Origin: Alphaproteobacteria bacterium | Lineage (GTDB): Bacteria > Pseudomonadota > Alphaproteobacteria > RF32 > CAG-239 | Direction: 5' to 3' | NCBI GenBank assembly: GCA_028706255.1 | Contig: JAQWBS010000005.1 | Location: 35,673-99,672 of the forward strand | DNA length: 64,000 nucleotides | Shown: positions 26,599 through 35,580 of the stretch, piece after piece | Numbering within the stretch: position 1 is the stretch's first letter | How the letters are laid out: each line of letters begins with the position of its first letter | Program-made: the position numbers and the translations under genes | Notes under the pieces: model-generated | The model's database searches: none | Told to the model about the DNA's origin: nothing | Seen by the model: only the letters and a program-made list of their open reading frames with translations

Positions 26599-27405
26599 AT
26601 GTCTAATATTCACCCAAGTGCCGTTGTTGAAAAAGGGGCGCAAATTGCAGCTTCTGCAAAAATTGGTCCTTTCTGCTTCATTAGTGCTAAGGCAAAAATT
26701 GGGGAAGAGGTTGAACTTATCTCCAATGTCACTGTGATGAACGACACAACAATCGGTGCAGGCACAAAAGTATTTCCAGGGGCTGTTTTGGGTGCAGGTC
26801 CACAAGACCACGGCAACGAATTCAAAGACGGCATGAAACTCATCATCGGTAAAAACAACATCATTCGTGAAAATGTGACCATGCAATGTGGCACACCAAA
26901 AGAACAAATGACAACTGTTGTTGGGGATGACGGGATGTTTATGGTCAATTCACACATCGCACACGACTGCGTGGTTGGAAATGGGGTGATTATGACAAAT
27001 AATGCGGTGATTGGCGGACATGTTCACTTGGGCGATAATGTCATTCTCGGTGGAAATTCTGCCGTTCACCAATTTGTTCGTATTGGTCGTTGTGCAATGA
27101 TTGGCGGGCTTGCTGGTGCGGATAGAGATGTTATTCCTTTCGGAATGGTGTTTGGCGTTCGTGAAGGTATTGGTAGTATTAATATGGTTGGTTTGAAACG
27201 CAGAGGATTCACCAAAGAACAAGTTGCTGAAATTATGCACACTTTCAACGTGTTGTTCAAAGATGAAAGTTTTGGAGCTTTTGCCGACCGTGTGGAATAT
27301 GCTCGTAAATCTTATGGCAAAAACCCAATTATTGATGAAATTTTAGATTTTATTAAAGATTCTGAAACTGGTCGTCGTCGTGTGATGACAGCTGCAAGGA
27401 ACTAA
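26599..27405 (+). CDS. lpxA: Acyl-ACP--UDP-N-acetylglucosamine O-acyltransferase
   Basis: Full-length hexapeptide β-helix plus C-terminal domain (…MVGLKRRGFTKEQVAEIMHTFNVLF…). Confidence 0.85.
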   Translation: MSNIHPSAVVEKGAQIAASAKIGPFCFISAKAKIGEEVELISNVTVMNDTTIGAGTKVFPGAVLGAGPQDHGNEFKDGMKLIIGKNNIIRENVTMQCGTPKEQMTTVVGDDGMFMVNSHIAHDCVVGNGVIMTNNAVIGGHVHLGDNVILGGNSAVHQFVRIGRCAMIGGLAGADRDVIPFGMVFGVREGIGSINMVGLKRRGFTKEQVAEIMHTFNVLFKDESFGAFADRVEYARKSYGKNPIIDEILDFIKDSETGRRRVMTAARN

Positions 27406-27410
27406 GAACA

Positions 27411-28256
27411 TTGTCGGATAAAAGCAGAAAATTGGGCATCATTGCCGGTGGAAGCACAATTCCTAAGAGATTGATTGACGAATGTGTGGCACAAGGAAGA
27501 GATTTTTTTGTGCTTTGCATTGAAGGAAATGCCGATGAAACTTATTTCACAGATGCAATTCCACATAAATGGATAAGAATTGGTCAATCTGGAACAGGAT
27601 TTAAGCTTTTTAAAGATGAAAAAGTGCAAGATGTGGTGATGATTGGCACAATTAAACGTCCAACATTGTCAGACCTTATTCCTGACCTCAGAACCACAAT
27701 GTTTTTCACTAAGATTGCTGCTAAATCTTTAGGAGATGACGGGATTTTACGTGCTTTGGCGAATGACATTGAACATGAGGGGATGAAAATTAAGGGTGTT
27801 CATGAAGTGATGCCCGAAATTTTGGCTCGTGAGGGCATAATGACCAAAACAAAACCAGATAAACAAGCATTGCAAGATATTAAGCGAGGCGTTGAAGTTT
27901 GTTTAGAGTTAGGGCGTCTTGACGTGGGGCAGGCGGTTATTGTTCAACAAGGGCTTATTCTTGCTGTTGAAGGCATTGAAGGCACAGACAAACTCATTGA
28001 ACGTACCAAGGATTATCAACGCAAGGGTGAAAAACCAATTTTGGTAAAACTTAGAAAACCAAATCAAGATATGCGACTTGACTTGCCGACCATTGGGTTG
28101 AGAACAATTGAAAAAGCCATTGAAAGCGGGTTGAGAGGCGTTGCTGTTCATGCTGGAAATGCGTTGATGGTTGATGAAAAAGAAGCGATTGAACTTGCGA
28201 ATAAACATAATATATTTATTATTGGCATCAACCCCGCAGATTATGTGAAAGAATAA
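27411..28256 (+). CDS. lpxI: UDP-2,3-diacylglucosamine pyrophosphatase LpxI (DUF1009)
   Basis: Position between lpxA and lpxB as in alphaproteobacteria; N-terminal GIIAGGSTIP…; size about 280 aa. Confidence 0.7.
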   Translation: MSDKSRKLGIIAGGSTIPKRLIDECVAQGRDFFVLCIEGNADETYFTDAIPHKWIRIGQSGTGFKLFKDEKVQDVVMIGTIKRPTLSDLIPDLRTTMFFTKIAAKSLGDDGILRALANDIEHEGMKIKGVHEVMPEILAREGIMTKTKPDKQALQDIKRGVEVCLELGRLDVGQAVIVQQGLILAVEGIEGTDKLIERTKDYQRKGEKPILVKLRKPNQDMRLDLPTIGLRTIEKAIESGLRGVAVHAGNALMVDEKEAIELANKHNIFIIGINPADYVKE

Positions 28257-29440
28257 TGAAACAAGAAAACAAAAAATTGAAAATTTATCTCATTGCTGGA
28301 GAGCCTTCTGGAGATGCTTTAGGCTCAAGATTGATGAGGGCTTTGAGAAAAAAGACCAATGGAAATGTTGAGTTTTTAGGACTTGGCGGAGATTCTATGG
28401 AAGCTGAGGGCTTAACCCCGTTGTTTGATATTTCCGACCTTGCAATTATGGGTTTAGCAGAAGTTATTCCAAGCATTCCTAAAGTTTTGAGAAGAATTAA
28501 GCAAACCGTGGCAGATATCATCAAACAACAGCCTGATATTGTTATCACAATTGATAGTTGGAGTTTTGCTTCACGAGTTCAGAAAAAGCTCAGAAAACTT
28601 GCCACAAACATTCCACAAGTGCATTATGTTGCGCCACAAGTTTGGGCTTGGAAGAAAAAAAGAGCGAAAACGATGTATAAATATGTCGACCATTTGCTCA
28701 CTCTTTTGCCACAAGAACCGAAATATTTCACACCATATCATTTGGAAACAACCTTTGTTGGTCACCCTGTCATTGAAAGTGGCATTTTCACAGGTAGTGC
28801 GGAAGATTTTCGCAAAAAATTTAATATCTCAGCTGAAAAAAGGATTATCTCCTTGCTCCCTGGGTCAAGACACAACGAAGTTGCAAGACTTTTTACTGAC
28901 TTTATTGCAACCGCAAAACTTTTGAAACAAGAAGATGAAAACTTTGTTTTTGTTGTCCCAACAGTTAAAACCGTTTCCAAACGTGTGAAAGAAATGGCGG
29001 CAAAAAGCGAATTGGAAGTGATTGTCGTTGAAAAAGAATGTGACCGTCATGATGCCTTTATTGCCTCTGAAGTAGCAATTGCTGCCTCTGGAACAGTGGC
29101 TTTGGAATTGGCAATTGCAAACATTCCGCATATTGTGGCTTATAAAGTTTCGCCAACGTCTGCCTTTCTGGCTCGCCGTTTGCTTAAAATTCAATTTGTG
29201 AATTTGTCAAATATTATGCTTGGAAGAGAAATTGTGCCAGAACTTTTGCAAGAACGTTGCGTGCCTCAAAACATCAAACATTACATTGATAAGCTTTTGC
29301 ACAAAGATGAGTTGTATGACACGCAAATGGAAGGATTTCAGGAAGTTCGCGAGGTCTTAGGCATGGGCGAACAAACGCCAAGCGAAAATGCAAGCGATGT
29401 TATACTAAAAATTATTAACGAAACTAAAAAAGAAGCTTGA
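28256..29440 (+). CDS. lpxB: Lipid-A-disaccharide synthase
   Basis: N-terminal IAGEPSGD… GT-B motif; 394 aa; start overlaps the lpxI stop. Confidence 0.85.
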   Translation: MKQENKKLKIYLIAGEPSGDALGSRLMRALRKKTNGNVEFLGLGGDSMEAEGLTPLFDISDLAIMGLAEVIPSIPKVLRRIKQTVADIIKQQPDIVITIDSWSFASRVQKKLRKLATNIPQVHYVAPQVWAWKKKRAKTMYKYVDHLLTLLPQEPKYFTPYHLETTFVGHPVIESGIFTGSAEDFRKKFNISAEKRIISLLPGSRHNEVARLFTDFIATAKLLKQEDENFVFVVPTVKTVSKRVKEMAAKSELEVIVVEKECDRHDAFIASEVAIAASGTVALELAIANIPHIVAYKVSPTSAFLARRLLKIQFVNLSNIMLGREIVPELLQERCVPQNIKHYIDKLLHKDELYDTQMEGFQEVREVLGMGEQTPSENASDVILKIINETKKEA

Positions 29441-29459
29441 TTAAAGCTTCTTTTTTTTT
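29426..29459 (+). terminator. Rho-independent terminator overlapping the lpxB stop codon
   Basis: AGAAGCTT-GATTA-AAGCTTCT followed by T9. Confidence 0.55.
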
Positions 29460-29505
29460 ATACTCATTAGATTAATTGTTTTTATATTTTAGGAAACATA
29501 ATCAG

Positions 29506-31032
29506 ATGAAGAAATTGATTGAGATTGTCGATACAACGGTGCGTGATGGAGAACAAACGAAAGGTGTTTCTTATCGAAAAGAAGAAAAGCTCATCATTGT
29601 ACGTCGTCTTTTGGAAGAGGTGAAAGTTTCTCGCTGTGAAGTTTGCAGTGCAAAAGTGAGTCCTGATGAACAAGTGGGGCTAACTCATTTGATGGCTTGG
29701 GCAAAGTCTGCAAAAATGCAAGACCGCATTGAGGCTTTGAGCTTTACGGATTATGACAAATCAATTGCTTGGTTAGAGCCGACAGGCTGTCGCAGAATTA
29801 ATTTATTGACGAAAGGCTCTCAAAGACACTGTGAACTCCAGCTCAAAAAAACATTGCAAGAACATTTAACGGATGTTGAGAAAACCGTCAAATATGCCCA
29901 AGATAAAGGCTTTAAAATTAATGTCTATCTTGAAGACTGGTCAAATGGCATCAAAGATAGTCCTAATTATGTTTGGAAAATGTTAGAAGCTTATTCAAAA
30001 TTTGGATTTGATAAAATATTGCTTCCTGACACCTTGGGAATTCTCAACCCATTCACGACCCAAAAATATATTGCTGAAACGGTGAAAAGATTTCCGAATA
30101 TGGCATATGAATTTCATGCCCATAATGATTATGGCATGGCAACAGGAAATTCTTTGGCAGCGATTATGGCGGGTGCAAGTGGGGTTCATGTAACGGTTAA
30201 TTCTCTGGGTGAACGAACAGGAAACGTGGACTTGGCACAAATTGTAACGACAATCAATGACCATACTAATTTCACAACAACCGTTGATGAAAAAAAGCTC
30301 AAAGAAGCTAGCCAGTTAGTTGAAACCTTCAGCGGAAAGCGAATTGCTTGGAATATGCCGATTGTGGGCAATGATGTCTTCACCCAAATAGCGGGCATTC
30401 ACGCAGACGGCGATAAGAAGGGTAATCTTTATGCTTCAAGCTTAACACCAGACAGATTTGACCGAAACAGAGATTATGCCCTTGGCAAGCTTTCTGGCAA
30501 GGCAAATATTGAAATGAACTTGCGTAAGCTTGGCATTAGTTTGAACGAAGACCAAAAAGCAAAAATTTTGGAAAAAGTTGTTGAACTTGGCGACTTGAAA
30601 AAGAATGTCACGGTTTACGACTTGCCTTTCTTGGTGGCGGATATGTTCGGGGCACAAAGATATAAAACGTTCAGAGTGGTCGGCTGTGTTGTCACTACCA
30701 CAATGAAAATGAAGCCAAGTGCCAATATTCAGGTGGAATATAATGGGGAAATTTATGAAGAAACAGCTGTGGGAAGTGGTGGTTTTGATGCCTTTATGAT
30801 TGCGCTTCGTAAGCTTGCTCCAAAAATGGGCATTGAAATTCCGAAATTGATTGATTTTGAAATCACCATTCCACCGGGGGGAAATTCTAATTCCATCGTT
30901 GAAGCAAACATCAAGTGGGATAATGGCATGACAACGCACGCCGTGTCTTCCGACCAAGTGAAAGCCTCCATCAAAGCAACGGAACGTGTGATTAACTTGA
31001 TTTATTCCAAAGAACTTTTGAAAGAAGAATAA
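29506..31032 (+). CDS. LeuA/CimA-family synthase (2-isopropylmalate / citramalate / homocitrate synthase family) with a C-terminal LeuA-dimer regulatory domain
   Basis: DTTVRDGEQ HMGL-like start; (β/α)8 barrel motifs (HAHNDYG); C-terminal …IKWDNGMTTHAVSSDQVKASIKA…. Confidence 0.7.
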   Translation: MKKLIEIVDTTVRDGEQTKGVSYRKEEKLIIVRRLLEEVKVSRCEVCSAKVSPDEQVGLTHLMAWAKSAKMQDRIEALSFTDYDKSIAWLEPTGCRRINLLTKGSQRHCELQLKKTLQEHLTDVEKTVKYAQDKGFKINVYLEDWSNGIKDSPNYVWKMLEAYSKFGFDKILLPDTLGILNPFTTQKYIAETVKRFPNMAYEFHAHNDYGMATGNSLAAIMAGASGVHVTVNSLGERTGNVDLAQIVTTINDHTNFTTTVDEKKLKEASQLVETFSGKRIAWNMPIVGNDVFTQIAGIHADGDKKGNLYASSLTPDRFDRNRDYALGKLSGKANIEMNLRKLGISLNEDQKAKILEKVVELGDLKKNVTVYDLPFLVADMFGAQRYKTFRVVGCVVTTTMKMKPSANIQVEYNGEIYEETAVGSGGFDAFMIALRKLAPKMGIEIPKLIDFEITIPPGGNSNSIVEANIKWDNGMTTHAVSSDQVKASIKATERVINLIYSKELLKEE

Positions 31033-31034
31033 AA

Positions 31035-31781
31035 ATGAAAAAGAAAGTCATTGCCATTGGTGGCGGAAGTATGTGGGAAGGAAAAAGAGATATTTATCCA
31101 ATTTCTCGTCAAATTCTCAAACGCTCAGGAAAAAATAAAGGAACAATTTGTTTTATCCCAACCGCTAGCAAAGACAGTCAAATAGGGATTGATGCTTTTC
31201 AAAAATATTATGGCACAAAGTTTGGTTGCACCATTAATGTGCTAAAACTCTATGAAAATGCTCCTGATTATGCCACAATTCGCGAGATGATTTTATCTTC
31301 TGACATCGTTTATGTTGGGGGTGGAAACACCAAAATGATGATTGAAATTTGGAAGACGCACAAAGTTGATGCGCTTTTGAAAGAAGCCTATGAAAAAGGG
31401 ATTGTGATGTCTGGCTTAAGTGCTGGAGGCATTTGTTGGTTCAAATATGGCAATAGTGATTCAAATCAGATTGCTGAACATAATGAGAGCGTGCCTCTTA
31501 TTCAAGTCGACGGGTTAGGCTGGTTTGACCTTATGTTTTGTCCGCATTATGATGAAGAAAAAGACAGAGAACCATCCTTAAAAGAAATGACCAAAGGCAA
31601 AAAATTCAAAGCTCTTGGTGTGGACAGATGTGCTGCCATTGAAATTGTGGAAGACGAATTTCGTATTCTAACCACAAAGCCAACTGCAAATGTTTATCTG
31701 GTTTATTGGCAGGGTGAAACATATATCAAAAAAGCCTTACCCAAAGATATGAAATTTAGAAAACTTTCTGAACTTATCTAA
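31035..31781 (+). CDS. Peptidase S51 family protein (dipeptidase E / cyanophycinase-like)
   Basis: IGGGS… start and …VYVGGGNT…SGLSAGG… nucleophile region typical of S51. Confidence 0.6.
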   Translation: MKKKVIAIGGGSMWEGKRDIYPISRQILKRSGKNKGTICFIPTASKDSQIGIDAFQKYYGTKFGCTINVLKLYENAPDYATIREMILSSDIVYVGGGNTKMMIEIWKTHKVDALLKEAYEKGIVMSGLSAGGICWFKYGNSDSNQIAEHNESVPLIQVDGLGWFDLMFCPHYDEEKDREPSLKEMTKGKKFKALGVDRCAAIEIVEDEFRILTTKPTANVYLVYWQGETYIKKALPKDMKFRKLSELI

Positions 31782-31794
31782 AAGAGGGAACAAA

Positions 31795-33858
31795 TTGTTT
31801 TCATACTTAAGACTTTTCATTCACAAAACAAAAGAGATGTTTTTCGCTGAACAATCTCGTTGGTTTTTGTGGTCTCCTGTTTTATTTGGCATCGGGATCG
31901 GTGTTTATTTCACCTTGCCGTTTGAAGTTTCTAAGTGGATTGTTATAGCTGTTTTTGAGCTTTTTTTGCTCCTCTTTTATCTGTTTCGTCATCAGTCAAA
32001 TCGCCTTTTTATAACTTCATGTTTATTCTTAATTTTAATAGGTTATATCTCTGTTTATATGCAAGTTTTATATTTTTCAAAGTCGATTTATCCTGTGGAA
32101 GAAAAACGAGTTTATTTCAAAGGACGCATTGAAAATATTGATCATAATTATCGTGGCAAGCAACGAATTATTGTTGATGAATTGGTTGATTTTGATGAAA
32201 TGCCAATTAAAGGAAAATATCGCCTGACTTTGATGTCAAAATATCCTGAACTAAGAGACGGAGATTGCATCGAAACGGTTGCTGAAATTAGCCCACCGAC
32301 AAAACCTTTTCTGGTTGGAGGCTATATTCCCTCTGTGCAGACTTTTTTTGAAAAAATCAGTGGGGTTGGTTATGTGAGTGCTGGTGTTTTGCCTGTTGAA
32401 TGTTCGAAAAGCAATCGATTTATGGATTATCTGAATAATCAGCGAATTAAGATTGAACAGCACATTGCCAAGATTTTACCACCTAATGAGGCGGCTGTTG
32501 TGGCGGCAATTTCTGTTGGAAGCCGTGGAGGCATCACCAATAAGCTGAAAGATGATTATCGAGATTCGGGTTTGGCACATTTTCTTTCCATCTCTGGCGT
32601 GCATATGACGATGATTGCGGGGTTGACCTTCTTTTTTGTTCGGTTCTTAATAGCACTTATTCCATTTTTTGCCTTGAGGGTGGACGGGAAAAAGGTTTCC
32701 GCCATTTTAGCTTTGCTGATGAGTTTTATTTATTTGTTGATTTCAGGCATGGAAATTCCCGCCCAAAGAGCCTTTTTTATGACAACCATTGTCTTACTTG
32801 GGGTTTTGTTGGATAGGAATGCTATTTCTTTGCGTGTTCTAGCAGTGACAACGCTGATTATCTTAATTCTTTCACCTCAAGCTTTAGTTGGACCAAGTTT
32901 TCAAATGTCCTTTGCAGCAGTCATCGCTTTAATTGCCTTTTATGAAAAATATGGTGCTTCTGTTGGAAGATTTATCAGAGGAGAGAGCTATAAGCAAAAC
33001 AACCTATTAAGCAAATTGGTTAAAGTGTTGCTTGTCTATTTCTGCGGAATTATCCTCACAGACCTTGTCGCCAGCATAACAACTTCTGTTTATGCGGTTT
33101 ACCATTTTAACCGCTTAGCAATTTATACCAGCATTGGAAACAGCCTTTCAGGACCGATTATTGGCTTTGTGGTGATGCCTTTTTTGCTTTTCTCACTGAT
33201 TTTAATGCCGTTGGGGTTGGATAAAATTCCTCTTGAAATTTGTGGTTGGGGTGTTCAAAAGGTGAATGAAATCACGAGTTATGTGGCTGCTTTGCCAGAT
33301 TCCTCTGTTCTCATTCCTTCTTTTCCATTATGGGGATTGCTATTTCTCACGTTTGGAGGTTTATGGCTTTGCTTGTGGCAAAAACCATGGCGAAATTGGG
33401 GGTGGATAGGGATTTTTATCGGCTGTTGCAGTCTGTTCAGCGTTTCAAATCCAAGCTTAATCATTAATGAAGAAGCCAACACCATCGCCGTGCAAGCTGA
33501 AAATGGGGAAATGGTGGTTTTGCCTTCTCGTGGCAATTATGTTTTGAAAAAAGTTTGGCTGGAAAAAACGGCAAGCACGCCCTTAAAAGCCAAACAAAAG
33601 AAGCTGTTAAAAGAAATCTATCAAGGAAAAGCTGAAGATTTATCTTGGCTTAACCTAAAATGTTTTGAAACTTATTGTGATTATAAGGGGCGTATAAAAA
33701 TCTATAAAAACGGAAGATTATATGATATAAAGAAAAATGAATATTTCATCGTTTATAGTGGCGGTTCAGTTTGGATTGAAAAAGACCAATTGAAAATTAG
33801 AACAATGGATGAATATCTCGGCAAAAGAGCCTATATACAAAAGGAAGTTATTGAATAA
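31795..33858 (+). CDS. comEC: ComEC/Rec2-family membrane channel protein (competence domain; no metallo-β-lactamase domain)
   Basis: Multiple TM helices; …AHFLSISGVHMTMIAGL… signature of the competence domain. Confidence 0.7.
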   Translation: MFSYLRLFIHKTKEMFFAEQSRWFLWSPVLFGIGIGVYFTLPFEVSKWIVIAVFELFLLLFYLFRHQSNRLFITSCLFLILIGYISVYMQVLYFSKSIYPVEEKRVYFKGRIENIDHNYRGKQRIIVDELVDFDEMPIKGKYRLTLMSKYPELRDGDCIETVAEISPPTKPFLVGGYIPSVQTFFEKISGVGYVSAGVLPVECSKSNRFMDYLNNQRIKIEQHIAKILPPNEAAVVAAISVGSRGGITNKLKDDYRDSGLAHFLSISGVHMTMIAGLTFFFVRFLIALIPFFALRVDGKKVSAILALLMSFIYLLISGMEIPAQRAFFMTTIVLLGVLLDRNAISLRVLAVTTLIILILSPQALVGPSFQMSFAAVIALIAFYEKYGASVGRFIRGESYKQNNLLSKLVKVLLVYFCGIILTDLVASITTSVYAVYHFNRLAIYTSIGNSLSGPIIGFVVMPFLLFSLILMPLGLDKIPLEICGWGVQKVNEITSYVAALPDSSVLIPSFPLWGLLFLTFGGLWLCLWQKPWRNWGWIGIFIGCCSLFSVSNPSLIINEEANTIAVQAENGEMVVLPSRGNYVLKKVWLEKTASTPLKAKQKKLLKEIYQGKAEDLSWLNLKCFETYCDYKGRIKIYKNGRLYDIKKNEYFIVYSGGSVWIEKDQLKIRTMDEYLGKRAYIQKEVIE

Positions 33859-33879
33859 TATTTTTATGAGGAGAAGAAA

Positions 33880-35040
33880 ATGTCAGCACATAGATTTATC
33901 TTAAATGAAACAAGCTATCACGGACAAGGTGCAATTAAGGAGATTGTGACAGAAATTAAACATCGCAATTTCAAAAAAGCCTTCATTGTAACAGATAAAG
34001 ATTTGGTGAAATTTAATGTTGTCAAAAAAGTGACGGATATCCTAGATGAACATAAGCTCCCATATGAAGTTTTTGATGATGTGAAAGCTAATCCAGCTGT
34101 TTCCACTGTGAAGGCAGGGGTAGGCGCTTATAAAAAATCAGGTGCGGATTACATCATTGCCATTGGTGGCGGTTCTCCGATTGACACTGCAAAAGGCATC
34201 GGCATTATCATTAATAACCCAGAATTTTCAGATGTGGTTTCGCTAGAAGGGGTTGCTCCAACAAAAAATCGTTCTGTTCCAATTATTGCGATTCCAACAA
34301 CTGCGGGAACAGCGGCAGAAACCACAATCAATTATGTTATCACAGATGAAGAAAAGAAACGCAAATTTGTTTGTGTTGACCCGAATGATATTCCTGTGGT
34401 GGCAATTGTTGACCCTGAGATGATGTCTTCTATGCCGAAAGGATTAACTGCTGCAACAGGGATGGACGCTTTGACACACGCCATTGAAGCTTATACCACG
34501 CTTGGGGCTTGGGAATTGGCGGATACACTAAACTTAAAGGCAATTGAAATGATTGGACGCTCTTTGCGTGGGGCGGTTCAAAACGAACCAAAGGCGAGGG
34601 AAGATATGGCTCTGGCACAATATGTGACAGGCATGGCTTTCTCAAACGTGGGCTTAGGCGTTGTTCACGGTATGGCTCACCCACTTGGTGCTTTTTATGA
34701 CACGCCACATGGCATTGCGAATGCGGTTTTATTGCCATATGTGATGGCTTTCAATGCCCCAGACACAGGTGATAAATTTAGAGATGTTGCCAAAGCACTT
34801 GGTGTTCAAGGAACAGAAAAAATGAGCCAAGAAGCATATCGCAAGGCAGCAATTGACGCCGTTAAACAGCTTTCAAAAGATGTGGGCATTCCTGCAACCT
34901 TGAAAGAAATTGGGGTGAAAGAGCAAGATTTGGAAACCCTAGCAAAAGCGGCAATGGCTGACGTTTGCACAGGTGGAAACCCAAGAACGTGCAATTTAGG
35001 ATTAGTTTTGGAAGTTTATAAAAAAGCTTATCAAGGCTAA
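33880..35040 (+). CDS. Iron-containing (group III) alcohol dehydrogenase, lactaldehyde/propanediol oxidoreductase-like
   Basis: GGGSPIDTAK NAD-binding motif; His-rich iron site (…HGMAHPLGA…); 386 aa. Confidence 0.8.
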   Translation: MSAHRFILNETSYHGQGAIKEIVTEIKHRNFKKAFIVTDKDLVKFNVVKKVTDILDEHKLPYEVFDDVKANPAVSTVKAGVGAYKKSGADYIIAIGGGSPIDTAKGIGIIINNPEFSDVVSLEGVAPTKNRSVPIIAIPTTAGTAAETTINYVITDEEKKRKFVCVDPNDIPVVAIVDPEMMSSMPKGLTAATGMDALTHAIEAYTTLGAWELADTLNLKAIEMIGRSLRGAVQNEPKAREDMALAQYVTGMAFSNVGLGVVHGMAHPLGAFYDTPHGIANAVLLPYVMAFNAPDTGDKFRDVAKALGVQGTEKMSQEAYRKAAIDAVKQLSKDVGIPATLKEIGVKEQDLETLAKAAMADVCTGGNPRTCNLGLVLEVYKKAYQG

Positions 35041-35060
35041 GCCTTGCAACAAATAAAAAA

Positions 35061-35093
35061 CCCTCTCTTAGAAATTTCTAAGGGAGGGTTTAA
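35061..35093. terminator. Bidirectional terminator between convergent genes
   Basis: CCCTCTCTTAG-AAATTT-CTAAGGGAGGG with flanking A-run and T-run. Confidence 0.6.
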
Positions 35094-35109
35094 ATTTTTA
35101 AGTATCAGT

Positions 35110-35430
35110 CTACAAAATCCGATGATAGCCTGATAATATTTTCTTCGCTTCTTGCTTAACCGAAATGAGATGTTTTCTCTCATTGAGATGTTTTTTCAAT
35201 TCAAGTTCGCAATAATCTCTTTCTGGTTTTGAAAGCTCTTTGTTCTTTTCTAGTTCTTCTTGATAATAAGAAATGTTATTGTTCACAATAAACAATTTCT
35301 TGTCAACAAGGCTTATTTCTTTCTCATACTTTTTGATTCTTTCATATTTGAAAGATTGGGGAAGCTGAGCATAAGCGGAAACTGAAAAAACAAGAAAAGC
35401 AAAGACAAATAAGATAAAAAATTTTTTCAT
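35110..35430 (-). CDS. Small secreted coiled-coil protein (106 aa), hypothetical
   Basis: Signal peptide MKKFFILFVFAFLVFSVSAYA; charged helical remainder. Confidence 0.45.
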   Translation of the reverse strand: MKKFFILFVFAFLVFSVSAYAQLPQSFKYERIKKYEKEISLVDKKLFIVNNNISYYQEELEKNKELSKPERDYCELELKKHLNERKHLISVKQEAKKILSGYHRIL

Positions 35431-35580
35431 AATGATAATATAATTAATAAGACAAAATTGTATTTTTGAAATTTAATCATAACTTAAAAAGATTTTCTAT
35501 ACAACATATTATATATTAAAGCTTTGTAACAAAAAAACTGCCGACCCAAAGGACAGCAGTTTCTAAGAACAAAGATAATG

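Noticed and set aside
26566-27260. Minus-strand ORFs overlapping lpxA
   Set aside because: They are antisense to a clearly conserved lpxA reading frame.
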